This document shows, piece by piece, positions 8,283 through 18,609 of a DNA stretch of 30,603 nucleotides. Position 1 is the first letter of the stretch, and each line of letters begins with the position of its first letter. The notes beneath the pieces were generated by a model. It had not been told where the DNA came from. It saw only the letters and a list, made by a program, of their open reading frames with translations, and searched no databases. Source of the stretch: Candidatus Moanibacter sp. (GTDB taxonomy: Bacteria > Verrucomicrobiota > Verrucomicrobiia > Opitutales > UBA2987); contig CBDCEW010000022.1 in the NCBI GenBank assembly GCA_965215885.1, forward strand, positions 1-30,603, written 5' to 3'. Position numbers and translations under genes: made by a program.

Positions 8283-8322
8283 CTCCGTGATCCTCTGTGC
8301 TTCTCAGTGTCGCTCTGTGACC
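8283..8322 (-). repeat. Repeat family B (CACAGAG...GAGAAGCACAGAG)
   Basis: Reverse complement ggtcacagagcgacactgagaagcacagaggatcacggag; relatives at 22531-22558 (-) and 28006-28044 (+). Confidence 0.7.
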
Positions 8323-8432
8323 CTGATTAAGCTCTTTTCTCTCACTTCCCTAGGATGCCGGCATTTTGGCGCGGTTCCGACTGGAAATACATTTGGGAGT
8401 TGCATTATGATCCCCGCGAATTGGTGTGAACG

Positions 8433-8915
8433 ATGATTCGACAGGCGAAATCGGAAGATCTGCTCCAAATACAGGAACTGCTCGATGATGTCTTCGCGCC
8501 GAGCAGGTTTGAATCGCGGCTCGAGAGGCTGGTTTCGACTTCCAAGACCGAACACTGGGCTTGGGTATCCCATCGTGACTCCGAAATCGTATCCTATGTT
8601 CTCTACACGAGAGCCTTCAAAGGAGCGGAGCCGATAGGGTTTCATCTCGGGCGGGTTGCGGTGTCACCAGAATCCCAACGTAAGGGACTTGGTTCCACCA
8701 TCATCGAATATTCCTTGAATCGGGAACCGGTCCGGTCGTCACCAGTTTTCGTTCTCGGAGATCCTCAATTTTATGAACGCCTTGGTTTTACTACCCTTGC
8801 AAATCCGCGCTGTCTTTACGACCCGGAGAATCGAAATTTCCGAGCGTTGCGATGGCATGAACCGGAAGAGTCGTTCACCGTGGGATACGTGGACGCGTTT
8901 CGGGAAGCAGAGTAG
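8433..8915 (+). CDS. GNAT N-acetyltransferase (YhbS-like)
   Basis: LGRVAVSPESQRKGLGS; VFVLGDPQFYERLGF. Confidence 0.9.
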   Translation: MIRQAKSEDLLQIQELLDDVFAPSRFESRLERLVSTSKTEHWAWVSHRDSEIVSYVLYTRAFKGAEPIGFHLGRVAVSPESQRKGLGSTIIEYSLNREPVRSSPVFVLGDPQFYERLGFTTLANPRCLYDPENRNFRALRWHEPEESFTVGYVDAFREAE

Positions 8916-9031
8916 GAGACTTGAGGCAATTGATGAACCGCTCCGAAAGACGATTGCCGCAAGTAGCTAGATTGTGGCTCTATTCGGCCACAGAGAAGCT
9001 TAGGTCAACGAAGCCGAAACCAAAAGGGAAG

Positions 9032-9067
9032 AAGAGAACCGCGAATGCACGCTGATGGACGCGAATG
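9032..9067 (+). repeat. Intergenic repeat family A, copy 3
   Basis: aagagaaccgcgaatgcacgctgatggacgcgaatg. Confidence 0.8.
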
Positions 9068-9135
9068 AAGAAGCATTGCGGAAGCTGCTTTATGACGCGA
9101 TATGATTGCGAATTCGAATACAACAGAAAGGCACT

Positions 9136-9741
9136 ATGAAAACAATCAACGAAATTGAAGAGCTCGAACTGCAGATTCGTGAAGGCATGGAAAAGCTCGT
9201 GGAACTGCGCAAGGCCAGCCCGGGTATTGAAGTCCCATGTTACACCTTTTCCACACTGGAGGGTGAAACAACGTTGCTGGACTTATTTGCGGACCGCGAC
9301 AAGCTGCTGGTGATTCACAACATGGGTCAGGGCTGCCGCTACTGCACCCTCTGGGCGGATGGATTCAATGGGATCCTCGGCCATCTGGAATCAATATTTT
9401 CGGTCGTCCTCCTGTCCAAGGACCCTCCGGAGACGCAACGCCGATTCGCCAACTCGAGAGAATGGCGCTTCCGGTTGGCCTCCCACGGTGGAGGCGACTA
9501 CATTCGCGAGCAGACGGTGATGTCCGGTCAAGACAACATGCCGGGCGCAGTGATCTATGAAAAGGTTGACGGCAAAATCTACCGCAAGAATGGCAGCGTG
9601 TTCGGACCTGGCGACATCTATTGCGCGATGTGGAGTCTGCTTGGTCTCGGCGGTCTGGGAGAGGACGACTGGACACCGCAGTATAACTACTGGCAACGGC
9701 CGAAAACGTTGGATGACGGTGGAGCGGATATTCTCGAGTGA
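9136..9741 (+). CDS. DUF899-family thioredoxin-like protein
   Basis: TLLDLFADRDKLLVIHNMGQGCRYCTLWADGFNG (CxxC), FGPGDIYC, WTPQYNY; GAAAGG RBS. Confidence 0.85.
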   Translation: MKTINEIEELELQIREGMEKLVELRKASPGIEVPCYTFSTLEGETTLLDLFADRDKLLVIHNMGQGCRYCTLWADGFNGILGHLESIFSVVLLSKDPPETQRRFANSREWRFRLASHGGGDYIREQTVMSGQDNMPGAVIYEKVDGKIYRKNGSVFGPGDIYCAMWSLLGLGGLGEDDWTPQYNYWQRPKTLDDGGADILE

Positions 9742-10214
9742 TACAAGAGATAGATATTCGGCGACTTCAGTCGGGCGATGAGGATATAGCAAGCCGGACG
9801 GTTGAATGCCAGAAACCAGTGGTGGAACGAAATGGCAATCTGGCAAGCTCGTCGCATATGCGGTCGCTGCTTAAGGCAAGTGGGAATTACTTCATCGGCG
9901 CATACGACGAGAAGCGGCCGGTTGGATTCCTGATCGCGCACCTGTTTCCGCGAATTGACCGGGACGAGTATCAGGTTTACCTCTATGAAATTGGCGTCGA
10001 TGAGCGCTACCGGCGCCGCGGAATCGGCTCGAGGATGATCGAATTGCTCAAACAGCTGTGCAGGGAAGAAAATGTCGTGATCAAGGAGATCTGGGTGGGA
10101 ACCGAGCACGGCAATACCTCGGCCCAGGAGCTCTACAAGTCAACCGGCGCGCAAATGGAACTGGAGAAATTCAGGGAGTTCGTGTATTCGCGTGAGACTC
10201 TTGAAAATATATGA
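9738..10214 (+). CDS. GNAT N-acetyltransferase
   Basis: GTGA overlap; YLYEIGVDERYRRRGIG; NTSAQELYKSTG. Confidence 0.9.
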   Translation: MIQEIDIRRLQSGDEDIASRTVECQKPVVERNGNLASSSHMRSLLKASGNYFIGAYDEKRPVGFLIAHLFPRIDRDEYQVYLYEIGVDERYRRRGIGSRMIELLKQLCREENVVIKEIWVGTEHGNTSAQELYKSTGAQMELEKFREFVYSRETLENI

Positions 10215-10267
10215 GATTATCGCGGCGAATTTCACAGGAAAAGGGAGAATGTGTTGGCAACGAAAGG

Positions 10268-11575
10268 TCACGTTAGTTCTGCTGGGCTGATATAATCCGT
10301 AGCATACTTTACGCGTTGAATACATCCGGCGTCATCCACCTCAAATTGAAGGAGCTCCCCCACATAGTCACCACTTACCATGCAGAATATGTGTTTTTCG
10401 ATTGGCGAGAGAACCGTTAGAGTGTCGCCATCCTTCTCCGCAAGTACTAATCGATCATTGTCGATTCGTATTTCATACTCATCCAAACAATCCTTATACT
10501 CGCCCAAGTACATTGCCCATTCAGGTTGGCAACGGTTGTTCTCATAGGACAACGAAGACTCGGCGTTTGATACTTCAGTGAATTCCTGAAGTCCTCGAAA
10601 TACGATTTTCCCTACTGGAATATCATCAGCATTTGCCAGCGCCAGGCATGCCACTTCTTGATCCGGTATCATAGCGAACTGAGCAACATACCCGGGAAGA
10701 TCTCCTCCATGAGAAACTAACTGACCGGACTCATTTGGCCTGAGATAGAATCCGAGACCATAACCCACTTTCCAAGGTTTGAGAAATCCTTGGATCTGTT
10801 GCATCTCGCGCACGCTCGCTTCGCTCAAAATCCGCGTCCCGTTTTCGAGCTGACCGCGTCTCAGGTGCATCGCAACGAAACGCGCGAGATCTGAAAGGGT
10901 CGTCGACATCCCGCCGGCCGCAGCGGAAACACCTTTCAAATCACTCTTACGCCGACGACAGCGAATTCCGTTAGCATTTGGAGCGCTATAGCCGGGAACG
11001 ACCTTTTCAGTGTTCGCGACGCACGAGTTACGCATACCCAATGGGTCAAAAACGGAATCCTCAATATAAGCCTGAAAATCTTTACAAGAAACAGCTTCGA
11101 TAACCAGTCCCAGCAAGATATAACCAAGATTGGAATATTTCGCGCGCATAGAAGGTGGATAAATTACGGATTGGTCAGGCAACCCCTTTTTGAGCATCAC
11201 TTCATCCGGATGAGTGAAGGTCGTCCACACAGGAAACGGCGGATCCGCTGGCAGTCCAGCAGTATGAGAAAGCAAGTTGCGTATGCGGATCGGATCTTCG
11301 GAATTGTAACCTTTCATTCGAAACCAGGGCAAAAAGCGCGTCACAGGGTCATCCAGAGAGAGCTTGTCTTGTTCGCGCAATTGCATCACGGCGGTGGCGG
11401 TGATGCTTTTTGACACTGAGGCAATTCGATACACTGGTTCTCCCGAAACGGAAGTATCATTTTCGAAATCCGCCTTCTCGAATCGCTCACTCCATGCTAG
11501 TTGACTTCCTTGAATAATGCCCACACTCAACTCCAACCCCGGCGAAAAGGGGATGAAATATTGTCTGCCAACCAT
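10268..11575 (-). CDS. Serine hydrolase, beta-lactamase/AmpC-like family (start uncertain)
   Basis: IASVSK (SxxK), LLSHTAGL, YSNLGY, HGGDLPG. Confidence 0.9.
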   Translation of the reverse strand: MVGRQYFIPFSPGLELSVGIIQGSQLAWSERFEKADFENDTSVSGEPVYRIASVSKSITATAVMQLREQDKLSLDDPVTRFLPWFRMKGYNSEDPIRIRNLLSHTAGLPADPPFPVWTTFTHPDEVMLKKGLPDQSVIYPPSMRAKYSNLGYILLGLVIEAVSCKDFQAYIEDSVFDPLGMRNSCVANTEKVVPGYSAPNANGIRCRRRKSDLKGVSAAAGGMSTTLSDLARFVAMHLRRGQLENGTRILSEASVREMQQIQGFLKPWKVGYGLGFYLRPNESGQLVSHGGDLPGYVAQFAMIPDQEVACLALANADDIPVGKIVFRGLQEFTEVSNAESSLSYENNRCQPEWAMYLGEYKDCLDEYEIRIDNDRLVLAEKDGDTLTVLSPIEKHIFCMVSGDYVGELLQFEVDDAGCIQRVKYATDYISPAELT

Positions 11576-11990
11576 GCACGAAAGTTCCCAATAACCTGGT
11601 TTGATGAATCTTGAGACATAGGGTTTCGAAGTTCTACTGTCTTTTGAAATAGGGTCAAAGGGGAATGCTCATAATTTGCTCAATTTCAGACTCTTAAAAG
11701 GACGATTTCGCTTTAGTCAGACAATATTGTGGATTCTTCGGACAATGATAGGGGGTATGGATGCAGTTCAAGCCGGGAAAGTAGGGACCTTCGGTATTCA
11801 AAGGTCGATGTTCAAGTACGGCAATTCGATCGCAATTCTTTGAATTTCCTGCATTCCTGCTTTCCTTATTCAATTCTCTATCTGGTAGGGTTTCCAGTAC
11901 CGCAGATCTTTGGTCCATTGAGGTATTCGAAGCGAAGCAATTTTCGCTTAGCAACAGAACCATTTTTCCTCAACTTCACAATTGTAGAAT

Positions 11991-12839
11991 ATGAAAACGG
12001 CCCTGCTTTCAGATATTCACGGAAACTCGATCGCACTTGATGCAGTGCTCCGGGATGCGCACGAATCCGGGATCGACTCCTATGTGATTATTGGTGATCT
12101 GGTCGCCATCGGGCACGATCCGGTCGGAGTTTTGGAGCGACTCGGGAAACTACCCAATGCAATTGTTCTTCGGGGAAACACCGATCGCTATATTGTGGAA
12201 GAAACCGGGCCACCTCCCACAGTTGAAGACGCGGAAAAGGATTCCACATTGGTCGGCCTGGCCGTTGACATCGCTCGATCGTTCGCTTGGACGCACGGCT
12301 ACTTGACCGCGGCCGGATGGTTGGATTGGCTGGGGCAACTTCCCCTGGAGCATTGGGTCGAATTACCTCGAGGAAAAAAGCTGCTCTGCGTGCACGCTTC
12401 ACCGGGATGCGATGATGGGGGAGGCATTCATCCGGGCACAAGTGACCGGGAACTCAAAGCGTTATTATCGGGCTGCATTGCCGATATTATCTGCGTCGGA
12501 CATACTCATCAACCGATGGTTCGTATGGTTGACGGAAAGACCATTATCAATCTCGGTTCGGTAAGCAATCCACTCGCACCGGATCTTCGTGCCAGCTATG
12601 TCTTGCTCCAGACATGTGACGACCGTTACGAACTCTTGCACCGACGTGTGCCGTATGATCATCAGACCGTGATGAAGCAGGTTGAACAAAGCGGACACCC
12701 GGCGCGCGAATATATAAACCGTTTTCAGCAGGGTCTGATGCCCGTAACAGAGCCTCATCCCGACCACCTTCGATCCGAAGCGCAAGATAGCATATCGAAA
12801 GCTGATCAGGCCAGCGAGCTGCGAGGTGAATCCGCCTAG
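11991..12839 (+). CDS. Metallophosphoesterase (calcineurin-like)
   Basis: SDIHGN, GDLV, GNTD, HASP, GHTH, NLGSV. Confidence 0.92.
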   Translation: MKTALLSDIHGNSIALDAVLRDAHESGIDSYVIIGDLVAIGHDPVGVLERLGKLPNAIVLRGNTDRYIVEETGPPPTVEDAEKDSTLVGLAVDIARSFAWTHGYLTAAGWLDWLGQLPLEHWVELPRGKKLLCVHASPGCDDGGGIHPGTSDRELKALLSGCIADIICVGHTHQPMVRMVDGKTIINLGSVSNPLAPDLRASYVLLQTCDDRYELLHRRVPYDHQTVMKQVEQSGHPAREYINRFQQGLMPVTEPHPDHLRSEAQDSISKADQASELRGESA

Positions 12840-12981
12840 CGAAATCAGTAAATCGTGAGCAGATGACCAACAGAGTGCATGAGGCCAACAGGAAGCGCTG
12901 GGATGCGGGCTCTGAGCAGTGGGCTCGCGGTGCGGAATCCCGTGGAACTTGGCGACGTTGCTCGGCGGAACCCACCCTAGT

Positions 12982-14825
12982 CCTAAAATAAGCGCGTTTA
13001 AAGGTTGAACAGGAAACTTCGTTATTCCTAACGTTATTTGCCATGCTGGCGGTAGTTTTGCCGCCGCCACCCTTGGGCTGGTTTCATGTTTTGCTTTTTT
13101 TGAGTCATATCCGTTCTGTTTTAACGTTAGTTCTGTCCCCTTTTTTGGATACGCCGACAGTCCTTCCGTTGTGGCTGTGCGTTCGCGGTTACTTGATCTG
13201 CTACCCAGGCGACATAGATCGGAATCGCTCCCAGGTGCTGATAAAATCTCCCATCCACTCGTTCCAGCTTAAAAGCCGATAAACAATTCGGCGCCCGCTT
13301 CGGATGATTTGCGCGGGGAGCAAGATGATGGCGTGAAGGAAGCGCCGAAACTCCATCTTCACGATCTCCAACCCCCGCAGGCGGTTGGGCATGAGTAATC
13401 CATACCACGCCTTCAGGTTCCAGGCCAATGCTGTCATTACCATATAGGCCCAATTGCTCAAAAGATCATCCACGGGCATACGCATCGCATTAACCCCGTT
13501 TTTGAGTTGCTCAATAACGTTCTCCTGATCGCAGCGTTGATTCGCAAAGGCGACCACCTGCTCCTTAGTCAGGTCCCTACGATTTGTGATATAAAAAAAG
13601 TAGCGGATCTCATCAAAGAGCACTACTTCGCCCTTTTGCACACTGATGTTCTTACGCACCACCACCATCCGATAGGTCTTTTTGCACTTGTTGGGCCGAT
13701 AGTCCAACTCGGCCACACTTTCTGCCTCCAGCACCTTGTTTTCAAAACCCTTCTGGTGCACGATCCCTTCCTTCACTCGCGGCGCTTTAGCTCTCGATTC
13801 GGTCGCTATTTCATGCTTGGGCAACCGCTCCAGTTCGCTCCAGGCCGTCTCTCTGAACTCCTCGGCCAGTCCCACCACTTTGGGATGCGCATCCATTCCG
13901 AAGATAAATCCCGTTCCTTCTTCATCCCACCGATCGAAGTTTTCTGTCAACGAAAAGTCCGTATCCCCTCGCAAGCAGATTTTCCCCGCATGCGCACGCA
14001 CAAGTTCCACCGCCCGATCAATCCACTTTACGCATCCCTCATGGCTAGTCTCATTGCCCGGTCGATTCACCATGTAGAGCACTTCCCTGGTATTTGCCAA
14101 ACTCACGATCAGCGGTGCATAGCCCCAGATCCCCTTATAGCTTATTCCCATACCCCCTTTGCACTTCCCTCTCGTCTGCGCTATCGTCCCGTCCACATCG
14201 ATGAACGCCTCCTCCATGAATCCTTTTGCCTGCTTGTTCCACACCCCTTGCCGTATCCGGTTGATCCCTTCCATCAATTTTTCGATCGCGCCTTCATCAA
14301 AGCGTCGGGTGAAGTCTCCACTGGTCGTCGGATCCGGTATCCTCTGCGCTCCTAAGGCATTCAGAAAAACCTCGTCCTTGCGGCGCAATTCGATGTCTTC
14401 GAGCCGGATCCCTCCCAATAATGCGTTGTAGGCTATGTTGAGCACATGATCACTCTCATGATACGGCAGGTGGCGCTTGAGCAACTGCACGCTCTGGTCG
14501 AGCTCTTCCACCAACCCCAGTCTCTTCACCATCAGGTGAATCGCTCCTATCCCTCCACAACTCACCCCTTTGCCTCGTTCGGCCGTCTCGTAGTGGATGT
14601 TGCTCGCTTTGAACATCGGTTTGGCCTGTTCAGGCCAGCCCCGATTTCTAAGCCGATGCTTTATTCTTCTCTTGCTATTGTGGAGGTTCTTGCGGTATCT
14701 TCTTTTCACTCGAAACGTCCTTTTTTCTGGGTGGTTTTTTTGGTCGATTAACAGTTTTCCCAGTATCTAAGCGCGTTTCGAGCTTTTTATTGCGTTAGGT
14801 ATATTCCAATCACACTTGTTCGAGG
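12982..14825 (-). mobile_element. IS1380-family insertion sequence (1844 bp)
   Basis: Target duplication cctagt at 12976-12981 and 14826-14831; imperfect IRs cctaaaataagcgcg / cctcgaacaagtgtg (reverse complement), both starting CC. Confidence 0.9.
13201..14709 (-). CDS. IS1380-family DDE transposase (502 aa)
   Basis: PDPTTSGDF, FIDVDGT, GYAPL, RGDTDF, NQRCDQENVIEQLKNG, NWAYM. Confidence 0.92.
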   Translation of the reverse strand: MKRRYRKNLHNSKRRIKHRLRNRGWPEQAKPMFKASNIHYETAERGKGVSCGGIGAIHLMVKRLGLVEELDQSVQLLKRHLPYHESDHVLNIAYNALLGGIRLEDIELRRKDEVFLNALGAQRIPDPTTSGDFTRRFDEGAIEKLMEGINRIRQGVWNKQAKGFMEEAFIDVDGTIAQTRGKCKGGMGISYKGIWGYAPLIVSLANTREVLYMVNRPGNETSHEGCVKWIDRAVELVRAHAGKICLRGDTDFSLTENFDRWDEEGTGFIFGMDAHPKVVGLAEEFRETAWSELERLPKHEIATESRAKAPRVKEGIVHQKGFENKVLEAESVAELDYRPNKCKKTYRMVVVRKNISVQKGEVVLFDEIRYFFYITNRRDLTKEQVVAFANQRCDQENVIEQLKNGVNAMRMPVDDLLSNWAYMVMTALAWNLKAWYGLLMPNRLRGLEIVKMEFRRFLHAIILLPAQIIRSGRRIVYRLLSWNEWMGDFISTWERFRSMSPG

Positions 14826-15108
14826 CCTAGTTCTGTCCCCAAAAGAACTTCAGTACCTCACAGATATAGGCGACAAGCGAGTGGCTGTTCTCGGGAGCGG
14901 TGACAACTAGGGCCGCATTCGCCTTGGCCGGTCTCGGTGCAATCGTGACCTCCGTGGATATCTCACAGAATCAACTCGATGTCGCTGACTGGGAAGGCGC
15001 GCCCATGGACGGACTGCCGGAGTTCCTTCTCCTTATTGCACGTAAGAACGTAAGCGACCGGGCAACGACCTTGTAGCGCAAAGATGCCGACCGTGATATG
15101 ATTATGGG

Positions 15109-15474
15109 ATGGGAGAAAAAACGAGAGGGCGGACACGGTCGAAGCGAATCGTTCGACGAAGTCGGCAGGAGCGCAGGCGACTGATAAGCGCATACCGTCG
15201 CAGCAATCAGACGCAGAGGGCGTTTGCCCAGCGGCACGGTATCAAGTATATGACCTTTATGGGATGGCTGCGCAAGGACCGGGCCGGGCACAGAAGCAGC
15301 GGGGTAAAATCGGCGGGGGCGCGGTTTGCCGAAGTTACGGTGCAGAGCAGCGCGGTCACGGAGGATCGGATCGAGATCGTCTTAGGGGACCCGATACGGG
15401 TGGAGGTGGACTGCGGTGTTGCGGTGGAACAAGTGGCGAGTCTGGTGAAGGCGTTGAGGGAATCGGGATGCTGA
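15109..15474 (+). CDS. tnpA: IS66 accessory protein TnpA
   Basis: HTH-like SNQTQRAFAQRHGIKYMTFMGW, FAEV; first ORF of the element. Confidence 0.8.
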   Translation: MGEKTRGRTRSKRIVRRSRQERRRLISAYRRSNQTQRAFAQRHGIKYMTFMGWLRKDRAGHRSSGVKSAGARFAEVTVQSSAVTEDRIEIVLGDPIRVEVDCGVAVEQVASLVKALRESGC

Positions 15475-15818
15475 GCTTACCGGGAACGATGAAGGTTTTC
15501 CTGGCCGTGGGAGTAACGGATCTGCGAAAGAGCTTTAATGGTCTCTACGCCCTGGCGGCCAATCAGCTCAAGGAAGACCCGTTGAGCGGAGCGGTCTTTG
15601 TCTTCTGCAATCGCAGCCGGGACCGGGTCAAGATTCTGTATTGGGACGGCACGGGGTTATGGGTTTTCGCAAAGCGATTAGAGAAGGGTCGGTTCAGCTG
15701 GCCGCAGGGAGTGGACTTGAAAGATCAGAAGCTTCCATTGCGCCCTGAAGCGTTGAGCATGCTCTTGAACGGGATCGACCTGAGGGAGGGGAAGATGCGG
15801 CCCTGGTATCAGCGTTAG
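15468..15818 (+). CDS. tnpB: IS66 accessory protein TnpB
   Basis: TDLRKSFNGL, FVFCNRSRDRVKILYWDGTG, KRLEKGRF. Confidence 0.93.
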   Translation: MLSLPGTMKVFLAVGVTDLRKSFNGLYALAANQLKEDPLSGAVFVFCNRSRDRVKILYWDGTGLWVFAKRLEKGRFSWPQGVDLKDQKLPLRPEALSMLLNGIDLREGKMRPWYQR

Positions 15819-15886
15819 GTCAAAAAAAGTGATTTTTTTGAAAAAAGCATTGCTTTTCTTATTACCGTTAGTTTAGTATTGTTTTC

Positions 15887-17389
15887 ATGCCTGAAGTCGA
15901 GGTTTTGCAAACAGAGCTGGAGCAACTCCGAGAGGAGAATCGGCTTTTACGACAGAAGATCGGCTGGCTCATTAAGCGCTACTTTGGAGGCAACCAAAGC
16001 GAGCGGATCGATCCGGGACAGCTGGAATTGCTCCTGGCCGGGCTGGAGCAGGCCGAGGAAAACAAACCCGCTGAGCAAACGGCAGAGCCACCACCCGAGC
16101 CGAAGGCGCGCAAAGGAGCTGGGGCGAGGCGACAGCGTCTGCCCGAGCACCTGGAAGTCGAAGAGATCGTAATCGAACCCGAAGCGGTGAAGGTTGAACC
16201 GCAAAAGTGGCGGTTGATCGGTGAGGAAGTCACTGAAGAGTTAGATTTGCTCCCGGCCCGATTTATCAGGCGGCGCTATATACGGCGCAAATATGTATCT
16301 CGCGAAAAGCCCCAGGAACCTCCCGTGCTGGCGCCATTACCATCGCGGCTGATTGAAAAAGGGATCCCTGGAGTGGGGCTTTTGGTGCACATATTACTGA
16401 GCAAATACGTCGATCACCTGCCGTTGTATCGGCAGGAGAAGATTTTCCGGGAACGCTACGGAGTAAGGGTGGCGCGCCAGAGCATGCTCGATTGGATCCA
16501 CCAGGTAGCGCAATGGCTAAAACCCATCTACAACTACATGTGCTTACAATTGTTCGAGGGCGGTTACATCCAAGCGGACGAAACGCCCATCCGCTACCTG
16601 GATCCGGACGCAGGCAAGAAAGAGGGCTGCAGGAAAGGATACCTGTGGGTCTACGGGCGACCCGGCGGCGAGGTGCTCTACGACTGGCACACAGGCCGTG
16701 GGGTAAAATGTCTCGAGCAGTTCCTCAACGGATACGAAGGGTTGCTCCAACCCGACGGTTACGCAGCCTATGGCAGTTTCGCCCGGGAGCATAACGGGAT
16801 TACCCTGTTTGGGTGCTGGGCACACCTGCGACGCAAATTTGTGGAGGCGATGGATGAGAATCCGAAGCTGGCCGGCTGGGTGGTGCGGCAGATCCACAAT
16901 CTCTACAGAGACGAGCGCCATCTGCGCGAACAGCGGGCCGGTCCCGCCTTGCGCGAAGCCTACCGGAAAAGCCATGGTCGGATGATCGTGGAACGCTTGG
17001 GCAAAGCCTTGCCTATACTCAAACGGCGGGCCTTGCCGCGGAGCAAAATGGGTGAAGCCGTTGAGTATGCTCTGAACCAGTGGGAATCACTCAAGCGCTA
17101 CCTCGAGCATGGCAAGGTTGAAATCGACAATAACCTCATTGAGAATGCTATCCGGCCGACCGCCCTGGGAAAGAAAAACTGGATGTTCATCGGCCACCCC
17201 AAGGCCGGTTGGAGAAGCGCCGTAATTTACTCGATCATTGAGAGTTGCCGGCGGCACGCAATTGAACCATCCGCTTACCTCACTGACGTCCTCAAAAGAT
17301 TGCCGGACATGAACATCACCGAGATCGCCGAACTCGCTCCGGCGAATTGGAAGCCGACCCGAACAGGCGAACCGCTCGCAGCCTCTTGA
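15887..17389 (+). CDS. tnpC: IS66 transposase TnpC
   Basis: KYVDHLPLYRQ, QADETP, DGYAAY, CWAHLRRKF, IDNNLIENAIRP, GKKNWMF. Confidence 0.95.
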   Translation: MPEVEVLQTELEQLREENRLLRQKIGWLIKRYFGGNQSERIDPGQLELLLAGLEQAEENKPAEQTAEPPPEPKARKGAGARRQRLPEHLEVEEIVIEPEAVKVEPQKWRLIGEEVTEELDLLPARFIRRRYIRRKYVSREKPQEPPVLAPLPSRLIEKGIPGVGLLVHILLSKYVDHLPLYRQEKIFRERYGVRVARQSMLDWIHQVAQWLKPIYNYMCLQLFEGGYIQADETPIRYLDPDAGKKEGCRKGYLWVYGRPGGEVLYDWHTGRGVKCLEQFLNGYEGLLQPDGYAAYGSFAREHNGITLFGCWAHLRRKFVEAMDENPKLAGWVVRQIHNLYRDERHLREQRAGPALREAYRKSHGRMIVERLGKALPILKRRALPRSKMGEAVEYALNQWESLKRYLEHGKVEIDNNLIENAIRPTALGKKNWMFIGHPKAGWRSAVIYSIIESCRRHAIEPSAYLTDVLKRLPDMNITEIAELAPANWKPTRTGEPLAAS

Positions 17390-18048
17390 ACCCGGACACT
17401 GCCAGGATCCTCGCGCATGCCGCGATCCATAGGGCAGTTCACCGGTCGTTTACGTAATTACGGCGATTAGCATCGAAGCCAAACGAGCGTAACAGGTCCC
17501 CTTCGTTTCATAACGTTGAATTACTCACGCAACCCGAGACCTTAATAGACCAACCGGTCGGCTTCGCTTCGATGCCAGTCCTTTTGCGCTTCGTAGCTCG
17601 ACCGGCTAGACTCCATTGACGATCGACATGCGACTTCTAGTCCCGTGCAAAGGATCGGAAAATCCTGTTGATCCCATCCGGTAGATCGGCATGACGCGAA
17701 AGTCTGCGGACGGTGAATCGGCGTGGATGTCGTAGTTCGTCACTTCTGTGCAATTTGATTGTACATGTGCTGAATCCAGTAAGCTAGGATCCCCAATAGT
17801 TTACCAAATCGTCTAGATCGGCGCCACCGAGTCGCGCTGACCGATGCCGGATCAAACGAGAATGAGTAGTTGGACAGACTAGAAGTGGCGGGAGGAGTCG
17901 GATCCTTTGCCTGCTCTGCCACTTCGGCAGTTCTCAGTGGAAAATAGGCCAATTCACGCATTAGGGCCATCGAGCCGTTATCCCGCATGGATTAAAGTAT
18001 GAAGCCGTCAGGTGACTTTTCCCAAGGAAGTCGGCAAAATCTTTCTAC

Positions 18049-18609
18049 CCTCGAACAAGTGTGATTGATATAGCGCTAACGCGAATCGATAGCTCAAAGG
18101 CCGCTTCCTACTGGGACTGTTAATCTGACCAAAAATCACTTCAATACCGAGAGGAATTAGGATCTCTTCCCTTGCGATTGGTGCCAAGGTCGACGCAGTC
18201 GCTATTGCTGGGGCACAATAGCCCGTCCGAGAAGAATGCAAAGCACATCGACATTAGATATCGGGGCTGCATACTGAAATCGGCCAAACCGATGTTCATA
18301 CTCGTGCCAACCTCCACTACGATTCTCGGCCGAATCGAGGCTGAGGGGTCCCAGTCTGCTGGCTCTTGATACCCGCGATTCTCCTGATGGTGAAGAGACT
18401 GGGGTTGGTCAGAAGAGCTCGACTCAGAGCGTGCAGTTGCTCAAGCGCCGCTTGCCGTATCCATGAGAGTGATCATGTGCTCAACATAGCCCAACGCATT
18501 ATTGGGAGTGATCCGGCTCGAAGTCGAATTGCGCCGCAAGTTGAGCGATGGCATTGGGACCTATGGGTTAGGAGCGCAGAGGATCCAAGGAATCAAGACG
18601 ACCAGTGGA
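18049..18609 (+). mobile_element. Indel-riddled partial copy of the IS1380 5' end, inverted relative to 12982-14825
   Basis: Starts cctcgaacaagtgtgattg (same as the IS end); exact blocks cctgatggtgaagagactggggttggt, catgagagtgatcatgtgctcaacatagcc and ttaggagcgcagaggat. Confidence 0.85.

Larger units (their letters stand above)
12863..15049 (+). pseudogene. Class I SAM-dependent methyltransferase, split by IS1380, internally deleted and cut at its 3' end by IS66
   Basis: MTNRVHEANRKRWD...EPTLV (12863-12981) continues at 14832 with LSPKELQYLTDIGDKRVAVLGSGDN, then TAG/frameshift at 14908, then AAFALAGLGAIVTSVDISQNQLDVA joined directly to a C-terminal-like GLPEFLLLIARK. Confidence 0.75.
15050..17453 (+). 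mobile_element. IS66-family insertion sequence (2404 bp)
   Basis: IRs gtaagcgaccgggcaac (15050) / gttcaccggtcgtttac (ends 17453); tnpA-tnpB-tnpC order; flanking 8-mers gtaagaac and gtaattac differ. Confidence 0.92.

Noticed and set aside
8028..8436. ORFs 8028-8258 (-) and 8095-8436 (+) encoding similar peptides
   Set aside because: The similarity is a by-product of the long inverted repeat.
9738..10214. Naming this GNAT an aminoglycoside acetyltransferase
   Set aside because: Only generic GNAT motifs are visible.
10268..11575. Calling this a beta-lactam resistance gene
   Set aside because: SxxK, YxN and HGG motifs are shared by many esterases and peptidases; the substrate cannot be inferred.
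13507..14355. 282-aa + strand ORF and other long antisense ORFs (e.g. 30022-30564, 12465-13070, 7436-8017)
   Set aside because: These are shadows of real genes on the opposite strand with no recognisable motifs.
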